From contig JBHIDO010000001.1 of NCBI GenBank assembly GCA_046760145.1, forward strand, positions 947 through 64,946: a stretch of DNA of 64,000 bases, given 5' to 3'. Of the stretch, positions 38,710-49,448 are shown one piece after another. The position numbers and the translations under genes were made by a program. The DNA comes from Candidatus Aenigmatarchaeota archaeon. Lineage in GTDB: Archaea > Aenigmatarchaeota > Aenigmatarchaeia > Aenigmatarchaeales > Aenigmatarchaeaceae. The notes beneath the pieces are model-generated. The model did no database searches. It saw only the letters and a program-made list of their open reading frames with translations, and was not told where the DNA came from. Positions within the stretch are counted from its first letter, which is position 1; every line of letters starts with the position of its first letter.

Positions 38710-40158
38710 ATGAAAGTACAATTAATTAATCCTCCAAGATTTAATAAAACACCAGTAATTAGAGAAGTTAGATGTGCAGGTTTATCACCAGTTTCTGTTT
38801 TTCCTCCTTTAAACCTTGCTTATATAGCATCTTTTCTTAGAGAAAGGGGTATTGATATTTCTTTAATAGACGCTAATGCTCTGGATTTATCATGGAACGA
38901 TGTTGAAGATTCTATAAGAAAATTCAAACCAGATGTAATTATCTTTAAATCTTCACCTCCTACAATGATTTGGGATTGTAATACTGCTAAAATAGCTAAA
39001 AAAATTAATAAAAAAATTATTACAATTTTAGATGATTCTCATATAGCCCCTGTATTCCCAGAGAAAACACTTAAGAAATTTCCTTATATTGATCTTTTAA
39101 TAAGAGGTGAATCTGAGAAAACTTCTTTTCAATTGATAAAAACAATAAAAGGAAAAAGGAATTTCAATAAAGTTACTGGCATAAGTTTCAGAAAGGGAAA
39201 TAAAATTGTTAATACCAAACCTACACCACCTATTAAAAATTTAGATGACTTACCAATACCTGCTTTTGACCTTCTTCCAATCAATAAGTATTTTTCAATA
39301 ACATTTTCTAAAAGAAAACCATTTATGACTATAATAACTTCAAGAGGTTGCCCATTTAGATGCGATTTTTGTATTGTTGGAGGTTCTACTGTTTGGAGGG
39401 GTTCTGGAAATGGATGGTTTCAAAGAAGTGCAAAATCAATTTTAGATGAAATAGAACACTTAGTTAAGAATTATAAAATAAAAGATATCTATTTTTTTGA
39501 TGAAACCTTTACAGTCGATAAAAAAAGAGTTCTAGAAATTTGTAAAGGTATTAAAAAAAGAAATATAAAGATAAATTGGTCTTGTAATTCAAGAGTTGAC
39601 AGTGTGCAGGATGAAAAAATGTTAAAAACAATGGCAGAAGCAGGTTGTTGGAATTTATTATTTGGTGTTGAATCTGGCTCTCAAGAAATATTAGATTCTT
39701 GCAATAAAAGAATAAATATTTCGCAAATAAAAAAAACATTCGAGATTACAAAAAAATATGGTATATATGCTTCTAGTTCCTTTATGGTAGGTCTTCCAGG
39801 TGAGACCAAAGAAACAATTAGAAAAACTTTAAAACTTGCTTTAGAGTTAAATCCAGATTTTTCTCAATTTGTTATAACAACACCATATCCTGGTACAATA
39901 CTTTATGAAAAGGTAAAAAAAGAAGGACTTCTAGAAAGAGATTATAAATTCTCAAGTTATGATGCTTATTGTGTCCAAGATCATCCAGTTTTAAGAACAG
40001 AATTCATGAGTTCCGAAGAAATTGCCAGAGCACAAAAATGGCTTTATAAGAAATTTTATTTTAGATTATCATACATTTTACATAGATTATTTTCTATAAA
40101 AAATTTTAATGAATTGAAATATCACCTTAAAGCTATGAAATATGTTGCTGGTGTTTAA
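38710..40158 (+). CDS. B12-binding (class B) radical SAM enzyme, paralog 3
   Basis: MKVQLINPPR start; TSRGCPFRCDFC. Shares the conserved block GLPGETKETIRKT with paralogs 2 and 4. Confidence 0.8.
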   Translation: MKVQLINPPRFNKTPVIREVRCAGLSPVSVFPPLNLAYIASFLRERGIDISLIDANALDLSWNDVEDSIRKFKPDVIIFKSSPPTMIWDCNTAKIAKKINKKIITILDDSHIAPVFPEKTLKKFPYIDLLIRGESEKTSFQLIKTIKGKRNFNKVTGISFRKGNKIVNTKPTPPIKNLDDLPIPAFDLLPINKYFSITFSKRKPFMTIITSRGCPFRCDFCIVGGSTVWRGSGNGWFQRSAKSILDEIEHLVKNYKIKDIYFFDETFTVDKKRVLEICKGIKKRNIKINWSCNSRVDSVQDEKMLKTMAEAGCWNLLFGVESGSQEILDSCNKRINISQIKKTFEITKKYGIYASSSFMVGLPGETKETIRKTLKLALELNPDFSQFVITTPYPGTILYEKVKKEGLLERDYKFSSYDAYCVQDHPVLRTEFMSSEEIARAQKWLYKKFYFRLSYILHRLFSIKNFNELKYHLKAMKYVAGV

Positions 40159-40794
40159 ATGTCGAAAAAAGTAGTGATGAATGAATGGGAAAAAATGTGG
40201 AAAGATTTTGATAGGCATACATTCTTAGGTGAATATTTTTTTAATAAAATCAAAGACAAGTTGAATGAAATTTTGATAGAAATAAAAATACCAAAAAAAT
40301 CTAAAGTTATTGATGTTGGTTGTGGTTCTGGTAGAACATTATTATGGTTAAGAAGCATGGGGTATAAAAATTCCATAGGTATTGACCATTCTAAATCAAG
40401 TATTCAATATTGTATAAATAAAAATAATCTCAAAAAAAATGATGTATTCTTAATGGATGCATTTAAGACAAAATTTAAAAATAATACATTTGACTTAGTT
40501 TTTTCTGAAGGTTTAATAGAACATTTTAAAAATTTTAATCCTGTTGTGAAAGAAATGTGTAGAATAAGTAAAAGATATGTAATCATAGTACAACCAAACC
40601 ATTTCTCTTTTTTAAAATTTTTATCAAACTTTTTTTATATTTTTTATAAATGGAGAGGTCCACCAGAATATACTTATAAAATAGAAGATTTTGAAAAATC
40701 CTTTTCAAAACATAATTTTTACCTTAAAAAAATTAAAAGCACATTATTTAATGGTTTTTGGATTTTATTATTTGAAAAATCAAAGGTGAAATAG
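40159..40794 (+). CDS. Class I SAM-dependent methyltransferase
   Basis: Motif I VIDVGCGSGRTLLWL, motif post-I IGIDHS, motif II/III DLVFSEGLIEH. 211 aa. Confidence 0.75.
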   Translation: MSKKVVMNEWEKMWKDFDRHTFLGEYFFNKIKDKLNEILIEIKIPKKSKVIDVGCGSGRTLLWLRSMGYKNSIGIDHSKSSIQYCINKNNLKKNDVFLMDAFKTKFKNNTFDLVFSEGLIEHFKNFNPVVKEMCRISKRYVIIVQPNHFSFLKFLSNFFYIFYKWRGPPEYTYKIEDFEKSFSKHNFYLKKIKSTLFNGFWILLFEKSKVK

Positions 40795-40795
40795 A

Positions 40796-42157
40796 ATGAG
40801 AATAATGTTAATAAATCCACAATATGTTGAAGGATATATTCATTCTGCGAGATGGGATGGTTTAACTATTTCTGGGAGTCATTGGTATCCTATTTTTTTA
40901 GCTTATTGTACTGGTTTGTTAGAAAAATATGGTCATAAATGTAAACTTATTGATGCTGAAGCTGATAATTTATTAGATAATCAAATATTTTCTATAGCAA
41001 AAAAATTTAACCCAGATTTTACTGTTATTTATATTTCTAAAAAAGGATTAAAGCAAAATGTAGATTTATCAGAAAGAATTAAGAAAGAAACGGACTCTAA
41101 AATTATATTTGTTGGTCCTTGGGCTTCTATGGAACCAAAAAATATCTTAAAAAATAAAGTTGTTAATTATTTAATTGATGGAGAATTTGAATATACTGTT
41201 AAAGATATAGTTGAAGGAAAAATAAAGAAAAGATATTTAAAAACAAAACGTTTAACAAAAAAACAATTAGAAGAATTACCTTGGGTAACTAAGGTTTATA
41301 AGAGACATCTAAATATTAAAAATTATAAAATTGGTTCTCTTTGGCATCCGTTTGTAGATACATTTACAGGTAGAAAATGTTATTGGAGTAAATGTACCTT
41401 TTGTTTATGGCCATTCACAAATTTGAAAGAAGGAGGATACATAGTAAGAGACATTGAAGATGTTCTTGATGAAATTGATTGGGTTAGTAAAAACTTGCCA
41501 ATAAAAGAGATATTTATTCAGGATGATACACTTCCTGGTTGGAGAGCAAAACAAATTGCTGAAGGAATTCTTAGAAGAGGAATAAAAATAAGATGGTCTG
41601 CTTATGCAAGAGGAGATTTGTCAATGACGCCTAAAATTTTAAAATTAATGAGAAAATCTGGATGTCATTGTTTGCATATTGGTTATGAGTCTAGTTCTAA
41701 TAAAATTTTAAGAAATGTAAATAAAGGAGTTACTAAAGAAGATTTAGAAAAATTTACAAAATGGGTCAATGATGCTGGTATAGACATTCATGGAGATTTT
41801 ATGGTAGGTCTTCCAGGTGAGACCAAAGAAACTATAAGAGATACAATTGAATGGGCCAAAAAATTGAATATAGTCACTTACCAATTTGCTCCACCTAAAG
41901 CATATCCATGTACACCTTATTATGAAGAACTAAAAAGAAATTCTCACCTTGATGAAAATGATAAATTAAAACTCCCTAATATGAGTTATTCTGAAATAGA
42001 AATGTGGTGTAAGAGGGCAATGAGAGAATGTTATTTTAATTTTGGTTTTCTACGGAGAGTTATTTTCAAACCACGTGAATTGAAAAGACTACTTAGATCT
42101 AGTATTTACGTAGTACCACATATTTTTTCTAAGTCTAAAAGTAGTGAGGTAAGTTAA
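40796..42157 (+). CDS. B12-binding (class B) radical SAM enzyme, paralog 4
   Basis: MRIMLINPQY start; CYWSKCTFC (Cx4Cx2C variant of rSAM motif); GLPGETKETIRDT block. Confidence 0.75.
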   Translation: MRIMLINPQYVEGYIHSARWDGLTISGSHWYPIFLAYCTGLLEKYGHKCKLIDAEADNLLDNQIFSIAKKFNPDFTVIYISKKGLKQNVDLSERIKKETDSKIIFVGPWASMEPKNILKNKVVNYLIDGEFEYTVKDIVEGKIKKRYLKTKRLTKKQLEELPWVTKVYKRHLNIKNYKIGSLWHPFVDTFTGRKCYWSKCTFCLWPFTNLKEGGYIVRDIEDVLDEIDWVSKNLPIKEIFIQDDTLPGWRAKQIAEGILRRGIKIRWSAYARGDLSMTPKILKLMRKSGCHCLHIGYESSSNKILRNVNKGVTKEDLEKFTKWVNDAGIDIHGDFMVGLPGETKETIRDTIEWAKKLNIVTYQFAPPKAYPCTPYYEELKRNSHLDENDKLKLPNMSYSEIEMWCKRAMRECYFNFGFLRRVIFKPRELKRLLRSSIYVVPHIFSKSKSSEVS

Positions 42158-42816
42158 TGAAATCAAAAAGGATATCAGCAAAAATTATAAGAGAATTGAA
42201 TATGCCAAAATCTTTAGCATATAAATCCCCAAATCCATTTATCAGAAGAATTTTTTGGCAAAGATTTGATGTTTTACTCAAATTATCTAATATAAAGAAA
42301 ACAGATAAAGTTGCAGATGTAGGATGTGGAAGTGGCTTATTTTTACCAACACTTTCAAAATTTTCTTCTGAAGTTTATGCATTTGATAAAGATATAAATA
42401 AAAGTACCTACGAGCTTCTTAAAATGTTTAAAATTAGAAATGTCAAACTAATAAAAAAGGATATCGGAAAATCATTTAAATTAAAAAATTATTTTGATGT
42501 TGTAATATGCGCTGATGTTTTAGAGCATATTGATAATGTAGAGGGTGTTATTGGAAATATATCAAATATAATGAAAAATAATGGTAAATTATTAGTTTCA
42601 AATCCTTCTGATAGTATAATATATAAATTTTTATCATATTTTACTGGATTCAAAAAATCCTCTTTAAAAGAAAAACATATAACAAATACCAAAGATATTG
42701 AGAAATTATTAAAGAAACATTTTCTTTTGAAAGAAAAAGTTTATGTACCAAATAAATTGCTATCTTTATTTAACATATTATTTTTTGAAAAGAATTCAAA
42801 AAAGGTGAATAAATGA
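42157..42816 (+). CDS. Class I SAM-dependent methyltransferase (second copy)
   Basis: VADVGCGSGLFLPTL motif I; DVVICADVLEHI. 219 aa. Confidence 0.75.
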   Translation: MKSKRISAKIIRELNMPKSLAYKSPNPFIRRIFWQRFDVLLKLSNIKKTDKVADVGCGSGLFLPTLSKFSSEVYAFDKDINKSTYELLKMFKIRNVKLIKKDIGKSFKLKNYFDVVICADVLEHIDNVEGVIGNISNIMKNNGKLLVSNPSDSIIYKFLSYFTGFKKSSLKEKHITNTKDIEKLLKKHFLLKEKVYVPNKLLSLFNILFFEKNSKKVNK

Positions 42817-44090
42817 AAATAAATATTGAAAATTTCTTATTGGTATTATTTTTAATTGTTCTTGTATTTTCAAACATATATTTTGTAACCCCTAATTCAG
42901 ATACTTATCTTCATTACTTAGTTTCAAAAATGATAATGAAAAATCCATCAATTCTATGGGAGCCACATGAAACTGAATTTTTGGGTGGTGGTCAATTATT
43001 AGATATTAATATTTATACTTCTGTAACCCCATTACCTAACATTCTTTATGCATTTTTATTTTTAATTGGCATAGGACCAAAAATTATAGATATAATTTCA
43101 ATAATAGGAATAGCTTATTTTCTTTTTAAGTTAGATAAAAGAGCAATACCATTTTTGTTTTTATCTTTTTTATTTATAAGAATTTCAATATTTGGTGGTC
43201 ATGATTTACTTCTTTTATTCTTAATGTTAGGTATAATTTATTTTTTTGAAAGAAAACCTAAGATTGCTGCAATTTTTGCTGGTTTCTGTCCTCTTGTTAA
43301 GACAACGGGATTTATTATTCTTGGAGCATACATTCTATCACTCTTTATATTTAAAAGAAAAGAAATTTTCACAAAAAATTTTTATAAAAACAAATTCTTT
43401 ATTGCATTTTTAATATCTATTTTAATAATTTTTCCTTGGTACTTAAGGAATTTTATATTCTTTGATGGAGATATATTAGCTACTCTAACAGGTCAAAGTT
43501 ATAGCAGAATAGTTGAAGGAGAAGAATGGTTAAAAACAGGTATACAAGCTACTCAACCAGAAAGATATTGGTGGGATGCTAGCGGTTATTATCCATTGCC
43601 TATAGATATTCTTTTTTATATCGGACTTTTATTTACCGCTATAAATTTTTATAGAGAAAGAAAATTTGACAAAGAATTATTGTTCATAATAATATTTGCA
43701 GTATTTTACTTTTCTGTTCAAGCTTTAAACATTCAAACTTTGATGTCAATCCGTTATATTTTGCCTATATTTCCTCTTTTAGCTTTACAGATAACAAAGG
43801 GAGTATCTGAAAAATATTTGAAATACTTCTATGTATTTTGTTTAATTATGTTAGTATTTTTCATGTACAACATACCAAAATATTCATTTAATATCTTAGA
43901 TGCACAGTTAACTCCTGTTTGTAATCAAGCAAAAGCAATTGTAGATTATGAACCGGTTTATGTAAAATTTTTACATAATTGGTTTTTAATATACAAATGC
44001 GACTTTAATGCTGTTTCAGAAGAACAAAGCATATGGACAGTTGATTTAGAAAAAGGAGAAGTCTATAAAACAAACAGATCTTTGAGTTGA
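42813..44090 (+). CDS. Polytopic membrane protein, possible GT-C-fold glycosyltransferase
   Basis: 425 aa, more than 10 TM helices. Context between methyltransferase and HprK-like gene. No catalytic motif identified. Confidence 0.3.
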   Translation: MKINIENFLLVLFLIVLVFSNIYFVTPNSDTYLHYLVSKMIMKNPSILWEPHETEFLGGGQLLDINIYTSVTPLPNILYAFLFLIGIGPKIIDIISIIGIAYFLFKLDKRAIPFLFLSFLFIRISIFGGHDLLLLFLMLGIIYFFERKPKIAAIFAGFCPLVKTTGFIILGAYILSLFIFKRKEIFTKNFYKNKFFIAFLISILIIFPWYLRNFIFFDGDILATLTGQSYSRIVEGEEWLKTGIQATQPERYWWDASGYYPLPIDILFYIGLLFTAINFYRERKFDKELLFIIIFAVFYFSVQALNIQTLMSIRYILPIFPLLALQITKGVSEKYLKYFYVFCLIMLVFFMYNIPKYSFNILDAQLTPVCNQAKAIVDYEPVYVKFLHNWFLIYKCDFNAVSEEQSIWTVDLEKGEVYKTNRSLS

Positions 44091-44094
44091 TATT

Positions 44095-45108
44095 ATGAAA
44101 ATTGGGTACAACATTCACAATATTTTTAAATTTAACATAGAAAGTAAAAAACAAAGTTACTTGAATAATGTTTATTCATATTTCAAAACAAATATAATTA
44201 AAAATCCAGATATGAATATAATTTTAAATCATAAATTTATTATACCAAAAGATGAATTCAAAAATATAAATAAAAGGTTTTTTATTTCGAAAAATAAGAT
44301 ATATTTTGAAGATTCTCATAAGTTTTCACAATGGAGAGCTTTGATTGAAAATCTAGAATCAAATAAGTTAAATCTCGTATTAGGCGGCAATATATTATTT
44401 TCTGAACGTTTTTTATATCGATTTATAGTTGAACCAATAATTCAATATAAATTAGTTCAGAAAGGATATAGTTTTGTACATTCTTCTTCTGTTGGAGGAA
44501 AAAAAGCACATGTTTTTGTTTCATTACCTGGTGTTGGAAAAACAAGCATTGCAATGAACTTAGTTAGAGAAGGTTATGAATTTTTTGGTGACGATTTTAT
44601 AATTCTTTATAAAAACAAAGTTTATAGTTATCCTACTTCTGTTAGACTTTTAGATTACAATATGAAAACTTGCCCATTTTTATGGAAAAAAATAAAAAAT
44701 AAAGAAAAATTATTTCTAACATTGAAAAGTTTATTGCGAATATTTTCTTTAAATAAGATTAAATTACCACAAGATATAGATGTAAAACAAATAACAAATA
44801 AAGTTGGAAAATCAAAGGAAATTGGTTCTGTAAATATTCTTAGATCTTCAAAAAATAGTAAAGTTAAAATTAAGAAAATAACTAAAAGGGAAGCAATAAG
44901 AAAAATAATTTTAATTAACAAACCTGAATTTGAAAGATTTTCACAATGTTTAGAAATTTACTCTAGGATGAAAAAAGGTTTACCAAATTATTGGAGATTA
45001 CAAAAGAAAAACTTATCTAAGTTGAACGCGAAATATTATGAAATATATATTCCTAAAAAATATGGTAAAATAACACTTCAAAGAATAATGAATAACATAG
45101 GAGAATAA
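44095..45108 (+). CDS. HPr-kinase/phosphorylase C-terminal-domain-like P-loop protein
   Basis: AHVFVSLPGVGKTSIAMNLVREGYEFFGDDFIIL parallels the HprK C-domain G.SG.GKSe.AL.L...Gh.Lv.DD P-loop. Confidence 0.5.
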   Translation: MKIGYNIHNIFKFNIESKKQSYLNNVYSYFKTNIIKNPDMNIILNHKFIIPKDEFKNINKRFFISKNKIYFEDSHKFSQWRALIENLESNKLNLVLGGNILFSERFLYRFIVEPIIQYKLVQKGYSFVHSSSVGGKKAHVFVSLPGVGKTSIAMNLVREGYEFFGDDFIILYKNKVYSYPTSVRLLDYNMKTCPFLWKKIKNKEKLFLTLKSLLRIFSLNKIKLPQDIDVKQITNKVGKSKEIGSVNILRSSKNSKVKIKKITKREAIRKIILINKPEFERFSQCLEIYSRMKKGLPNYWRLQKKNLSKLNAKYYEIYIPKKYGKITLQRIMNNIGE

Positions 45109-45109
45109 A

Positions 45110-46588
45110 ATGGAAATTGAGCTTAAAAAAGAATATATTGGATTAATATTGATCTTGATAATTGGTATTTTATTCATTTACTTAGCTCCCCAAACAAATT
45201 TACTTGGAGAAGATGAAGAAGTATACTTTTCATTAGGAAAAGAGTTTTCTCAAGGAAAATTTCCACTCTTTAAACATACGGGCGGTCCTGCTAATGTAGT
45301 ACCACTCCTTCCATTAATTTTTGTACCATTTTTCCTTTTATTTGGTACGTCTTTGGGCGTTGCTAAAATGGTAGTGGCTATATTTGGAATTTTAACTATT
45401 ATTATGGTTTACTTTATAGGAAGACAATATGGTTTAGTTGCGGCTATATCCTCTATTGCAATTCTTTTATCAATACCAATTTTTGTCCAATTATCAATGT
45501 TATCTTATACGGATATACCAATAGCATTCTTCTCTATTTTAGCAATGTTTATTTTCATGAAATTAGATTCTTCTAAAAAAGCAATTTTAGGAGGTGTTAT
45601 ATTAGCTTTAGCATTTTATACAAAACAAACTGGTTCTTTTTTGGCATTAGTTTTTCTTTTATATGGTGCTTATAAATATGTTTTCAAAAAGGATAAGAAA
45701 TATATTAAATTTATTTTTACATCATTAATAATATTTGGAGTTTTAATTGCACCATGGATAATTAAGAATATTATATTTTATAATTATCCATATTTTGAAG
45801 GTTTAAATCTATTTTTTCCTGGAACTGCTTTAGGCACTCAAATACCACAGTGGATGGTTGAAGCAGTCAGTACTTTATCACCAAGAATAAACTTCATTAG
45901 TGCGTTTGGTCATATAGCATTAATTATAACTCTATTTGGTATAATATTCATAGCTTTAAAAAAAGAAGAAAAATTCTTCTTACCTATTTTAATGTTTGTA
46001 ATGTTTTTTGCAATATTTTATTTTGGATCTTTTACAGGAAGAATAATATCAGAGGCCAGATATTTTACTGTTATATTACCACAATTAGCTATAATTGGAG
46101 GATTATTTTTGCAAAAATTATCTGAAAATAAAAAAACATATTTATTAATTGTAATTATCATTATAGGAGTATCTATTTTTTCTGGTTTATCTCTCGCTTT
46201 TGCTATAAGTAATTCAGTAAGATACCCCTCAGATTATGTTGAAGCATTAAAATGGATTAAAGAAAATACACCACAAGATTCTAAAATATTTACAGCATAT
46301 TCTGGAAGTGTTAAAATATATGCTGATAGGAATAGTGTATGGGGGATAGAAGAGTTTCCAGATGTAATGACAACACAAGATTCAAATTACATATATAGAA
46401 TATTGAAAAATAACAATGTAAGCTATATTCTTATTTGGTCTGGAATTTTATCAGATAGATACATAATACCAGAATCTAATCTTTTTGGGGCATTTACATA
46501 TAATTTCCTTAATGTAGTTAATAAAGATCAAGAACATTTTAAAGTAGTTTTTCAAAATCAAAATAATATAATTTTTGAATTAATGTAA
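45110..46588 (+). CDS. GT-C-fold membrane glycosyltransferase-like protein (PMT/ArnT-like) with C-terminal soluble domain
   Basis: 492 aa. About 11 TM N-terminal region typical of GT39/GT83-type enzymes, followed by about 120-aa hydrophilic C-terminal domain. Confidence 0.4.
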   Translation: MEIELKKEYIGLILILIIGILFIYLAPQTNLLGEDEEVYFSLGKEFSQGKFPLFKHTGGPANVVPLLPLIFVPFFLLFGTSLGVAKMVVAIFGILTIIMVYFIGRQYGLVAAISSIAILLSIPIFVQLSMLSYTDIPIAFFSILAMFIFMKLDSSKKAILGGVILALAFYTKQTGSFLALVFLLYGAYKYVFKKDKKYIKFIFTSLIIFGVLIAPWIIKNIIFYNYPYFEGLNLFFPGTALGTQIPQWMVEAVSTLSPRINFISAFGHIALIITLFGIIFIALKKEEKFFLPILMFVMFFAIFYFGSFTGRIISEARYFTVILPQLAIIGGLFLQKLSENKKTYLLIVIIIIGVSIFSGLSLAFAISNSVRYPSDYVEALKWIKENTPQDSKIFTAYSGSVKIYADRNSVWGIEEFPDVMTTQDSNYIYRILKNNNVSYILIWSGILSDRYIIPESNLFGAFTYNFLNVVNKDQEHFKVVFQNQNNIIFELM

Positions 46589-46631
46589 TATTTAAATAAT
46601 TTGTAATATTAGGTATCTATGGTGTTTAAAA

Positions 46632-48077
46632 ATGAAAATAACAATTTTAATGCCACCTGCATTAAAAGGTAAAGCACCGGAAAGGATATTTGGATGTAAT
46701 TATGGTTTATTTTATCAACCAAATATTTTCATACTTTACTCAGCTGCAGTGCTAGAAAAAAATAATCATAAAGTTAAAGTGCTTGATTGTCCTGTAGAAA
46801 AGATTTCATGGAGAAAACTAGAAAATATCTTAAAAGAAGACAATTCTAACCTTTATGTTTTTTATACAGTTTTTTTATCAGAAGAAATAGATAAGTATGC
46901 TCATAAATTAATCAGAAAACTTAGAGGGAATATTCCAATAGTTTTCATAGGACCAGAACCAACTTCAAGACCAAAAGATTTTCTACTAGATAAAAATATC
47001 TTTGTTATAAGGGGAGAAGCAGATTATGCTTTGTTAGAATTGGTAAATGAATTAGAAAAAAATAAGAATTTTAAGAAAATAAAGGGTCTATCATGGAAAC
47101 ATGATAAAAAAATAATTCATAATCCTCAAAGACCAATTTTAACTAATAAAGAATTAGACAAATTACCATTCCCAGCAAGACATTTAATAAAAAAAGAATT
47201 GTATTATAATCCAAAATTAAGAGGAAGACCATCAACTGTTATGTTAACAAGCAGAGGTTGTTGGGGACGTTGTATTTATTGCATTCCTTGTTCATATATG
47301 TTTGCTAGAGAAATAGAAAACAAAAGATTTTCTGGATTAAAACCTAAAGTAGGGTTACGTTCGCCAGAAAATATTATTAAAGAGTTTAAGTTATTAAAAA
47401 GACAAGGATATAAATCTGTTGCAATTATAGATGATAATTTTGTTAACGGTGAAGAAAGAACAATCAAAATTTGTAAAGGTATAAAAAATTTAGGAATTGA
47501 ATGGGGTTGTTTAGCAAGACCTGATACATTGCAGAATGAAGATATGATTAAAGCTATGGCAGAAGCTGGTTGTGTTTACATTGACATAGGCGCTGAATCA
47601 TTTGATCAAAAAGTTTTGGACTTTGTTCATAAAGATTTAAAAGTTGGAGATATTTTTAATGCAATATTTTTATTAAAAAAACATGGAATAGAACCTAAAG
47701 TTAACATTTTATTTGGAACAAGTCCTTATGAAACAGAAGAATCAATTAAATGGACAGTAAAAATGTTAAAAGAATTAGATATAGAATGGGTAAGTTTTGA
47801 TGTTACAATTCCACACCCAAATACAGAGTTTTATAAATTTGTTAAAAGAAAAAAATGGTTTGGTACTAAATCTGGAGATTATGAGCCTGTTGATCCTTTA
47901 AGGTCTGCAACAGTTAATTTTCCTAATTTGAGTCATAAAAAATTAGAAGAATTAGTAAAATGGGCTTATCGCGAATATTATCTAAGACCGAAATATGTTT
48001 GGAAAAGATTATTAAAAATTAAAAATGTTCAAGAATTAAAAGAATTGATAAGAACTGCTTGGAGGCTGTTCTTTTGA
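46632..48077 (+). CDS. B12-binding (class B) radical SAM enzyme, paralog 5
   Basis: MKITILMPPA start; TSRGCWGRCIYC. Confidence 0.8.
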   Translation: MKITILMPPALKGKAPERIFGCNYGLFYQPNIFILYSAAVLEKNNHKVKVLDCPVEKISWRKLENILKEDNSNLYVFYTVFLSEEIDKYAHKLIRKLRGNIPIVFIGPEPTSRPKDFLLDKNIFVIRGEADYALLELVNELEKNKNFKKIKGLSWKHDKKIIHNPQRPILTNKELDKLPFPARHLIKKELYYNPKLRGRPSTVMLTSRGCWGRCIYCIPCSYMFAREIENKRFSGLKPKVGLRSPENIIKEFKLLKRQGYKSVAIIDDNFVNGEERTIKICKGIKNLGIEWGCLARPDTLQNEDMIKAMAEAGCVYIDIGAESFDQKVLDFVHKDLKVGDIFNAIFLLKKHGIEPKVNILFGTSPYETEESIKWTVKMLKELDIEWVSFDVTIPHPNTEFYKFVKRKKWFGTKSGDYEPVDPLRSATVNFPNLSHKKLEELVKWAYREYYLRPKYVWKRLLKIKNVQELKELIRTAWRLFF

Positions 48078-49030
48078 AATATCCATCTATAACTGTTCTT
48101 ATAACAATAAAAAACGCTAAGGATACAATCAAACAATGCATTGATTCCTTATTAAAATTAGATTATCCTAACTATAGAATCTTTGTTGTAGATGCATTTT
48201 CTAATGATGGAACATATGAGATATTAAAAAGTTATGGAAATAAAATAGAGTTACACCAATTAAAGGGTTGGGCACCCAGAGCATATAATTGGGCAATTGA
48301 TAGAATAAAAACAGAATACATTGCTTTAATAGACGGGGATTGTACTGTACCAAGAAATTGGTTAAAAGAATTAATAAAGGGTTTTAAGTCAGATGATATT
48401 TTAGAAGTTCTTGGTTTTTGTGCAACACCTAAGAATGTTTCTAAGTTACAAAAAATAATTGGTGCAGATTTAGAGGACAGATTTAAACATCTACCAAAAT
48501 ATCCTTCTAGAGCTCCTACTATGAATGTTATTTTTAAAACAGAAACAGCAAAAAAGTTAAAGTTTGATGAATCTTTAAGGGTTGGTTATGATACTGATTT
48601 TTCTTTCCGTTTAACAAAACTTGGTAAAATTTATTATAATCCTAAAGCTGTTATTTATCATTATCATAGAGCAACTTGGAAAAATTATTTCAAACAACAG
48701 TATATAACTGCAACAATGATGCCCAAGTTATATAGTAAACATAAATCAAAGTCCAAAGGAGACCCCATAACTAAATCAACTATGATAATTCAACCATTCC
48801 TATCATACTTAGGAATTTTAGGTTTGATTTTATATTTTTTAACTTCACAATTTCTTGCTTTCGCTATTTCTATGTTTTTGATTTTATTATTTCTTTTCAT
48901 TGTTGATACTATACGTTTGAGCAAAAATCTTAGTGATGTTTTCTGGCTTTTTGCTATTTTTATTGTAAGAAATGTAGCATGGTCTATTGGACTTATCAAG
49001 GGTATAATTAGTTATTTGATAGGAAGATAG
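48059..49030 (+). CDS. Family-2 glycosyltransferase with C-terminal TM helices
   Basis: ITVLITIKNAKDTIKQCIDSLL...YRIFVVDAFSNDGT (GT-A DxD region: IDGDC). Two C-terminal TM helices. Confidence 0.7.
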   Translation: MEAVLLKYPSITVLITIKNAKDTIKQCIDSLLKLDYPNYRIFVVDAFSNDGTYEILKSYGNKIELHQLKGWAPRAYNWAIDRIKTEYIALIDGDCTVPRNWLKELIKGFKSDDILEVLGFCATPKNVSKLQKIIGADLEDRFKHLPKYPSRAPTMNVIFKTETAKKLKFDESLRVGYDTDFSFRLTKLGKIYYNPKAVIYHYHRATWKNYFKQQYITATMMPKLYSKHKSKSKGDPITKSTMIIQPFLSYLGILGLILYFLTSQFLAFAISMFLILLFLFIVDTIRLSKNLSDVFWLFAIFIVRNVAWSIGLIKGIISYLIGR

Positions 49031-49031
49031 C

Positions 49032-49448
49032 ATGTGGTGGAAAAAACATTTTATTTTATCTTTTCTATTGGGTTCTCTTTATTTTCTTTTTTCTGAAGAT
49101 TTTATAGGCGGGATTATAGTTTTTTTGTCAGGCTCTTTGATAGATATAGACCATTATATTCTGTATAAGATTGTTAGTAAAGAAAGTTTTTCCAACATAT
49201 ATAAAAGATTTTACAAAATTGAAAAAGGAAAAATACCTGATAAAGATGTACATAAATATGTTTTACCGTTTCATAATTTTGAATTTGCAATTATTATAAT
49301 AATTTTAATTTTCTTTCATCCAATTTTTTTACCAATAGCAATAGGTTCTGTTTCACATTTCTTATCTGATATTATTACTGTAAGAAATTTTAAAATAAAA
49401 AACTATTATTCTCTAATATATTATTTTTCTAAAAAATTATCCAAATAA
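49032..49448 (+). CDS. Small 4-TM membrane protein (hypothetical)
   Basis: 138 aa hydrophobic ORF tightly following GT2 gene. Confidence 0.3.
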   Translation: MWWKKHFILSFLLGSLYFLFSEDFIGGIIVFLSGSLIDIDHYILYKIVSKESFSNIYKRFYKIEKGKIPDKDVHKYVLPFHNFEFAIIIIILIFFHPIFLPIAIGSVSHFLSDIITVRNFKIKNYYSLIYYFSKKLSK

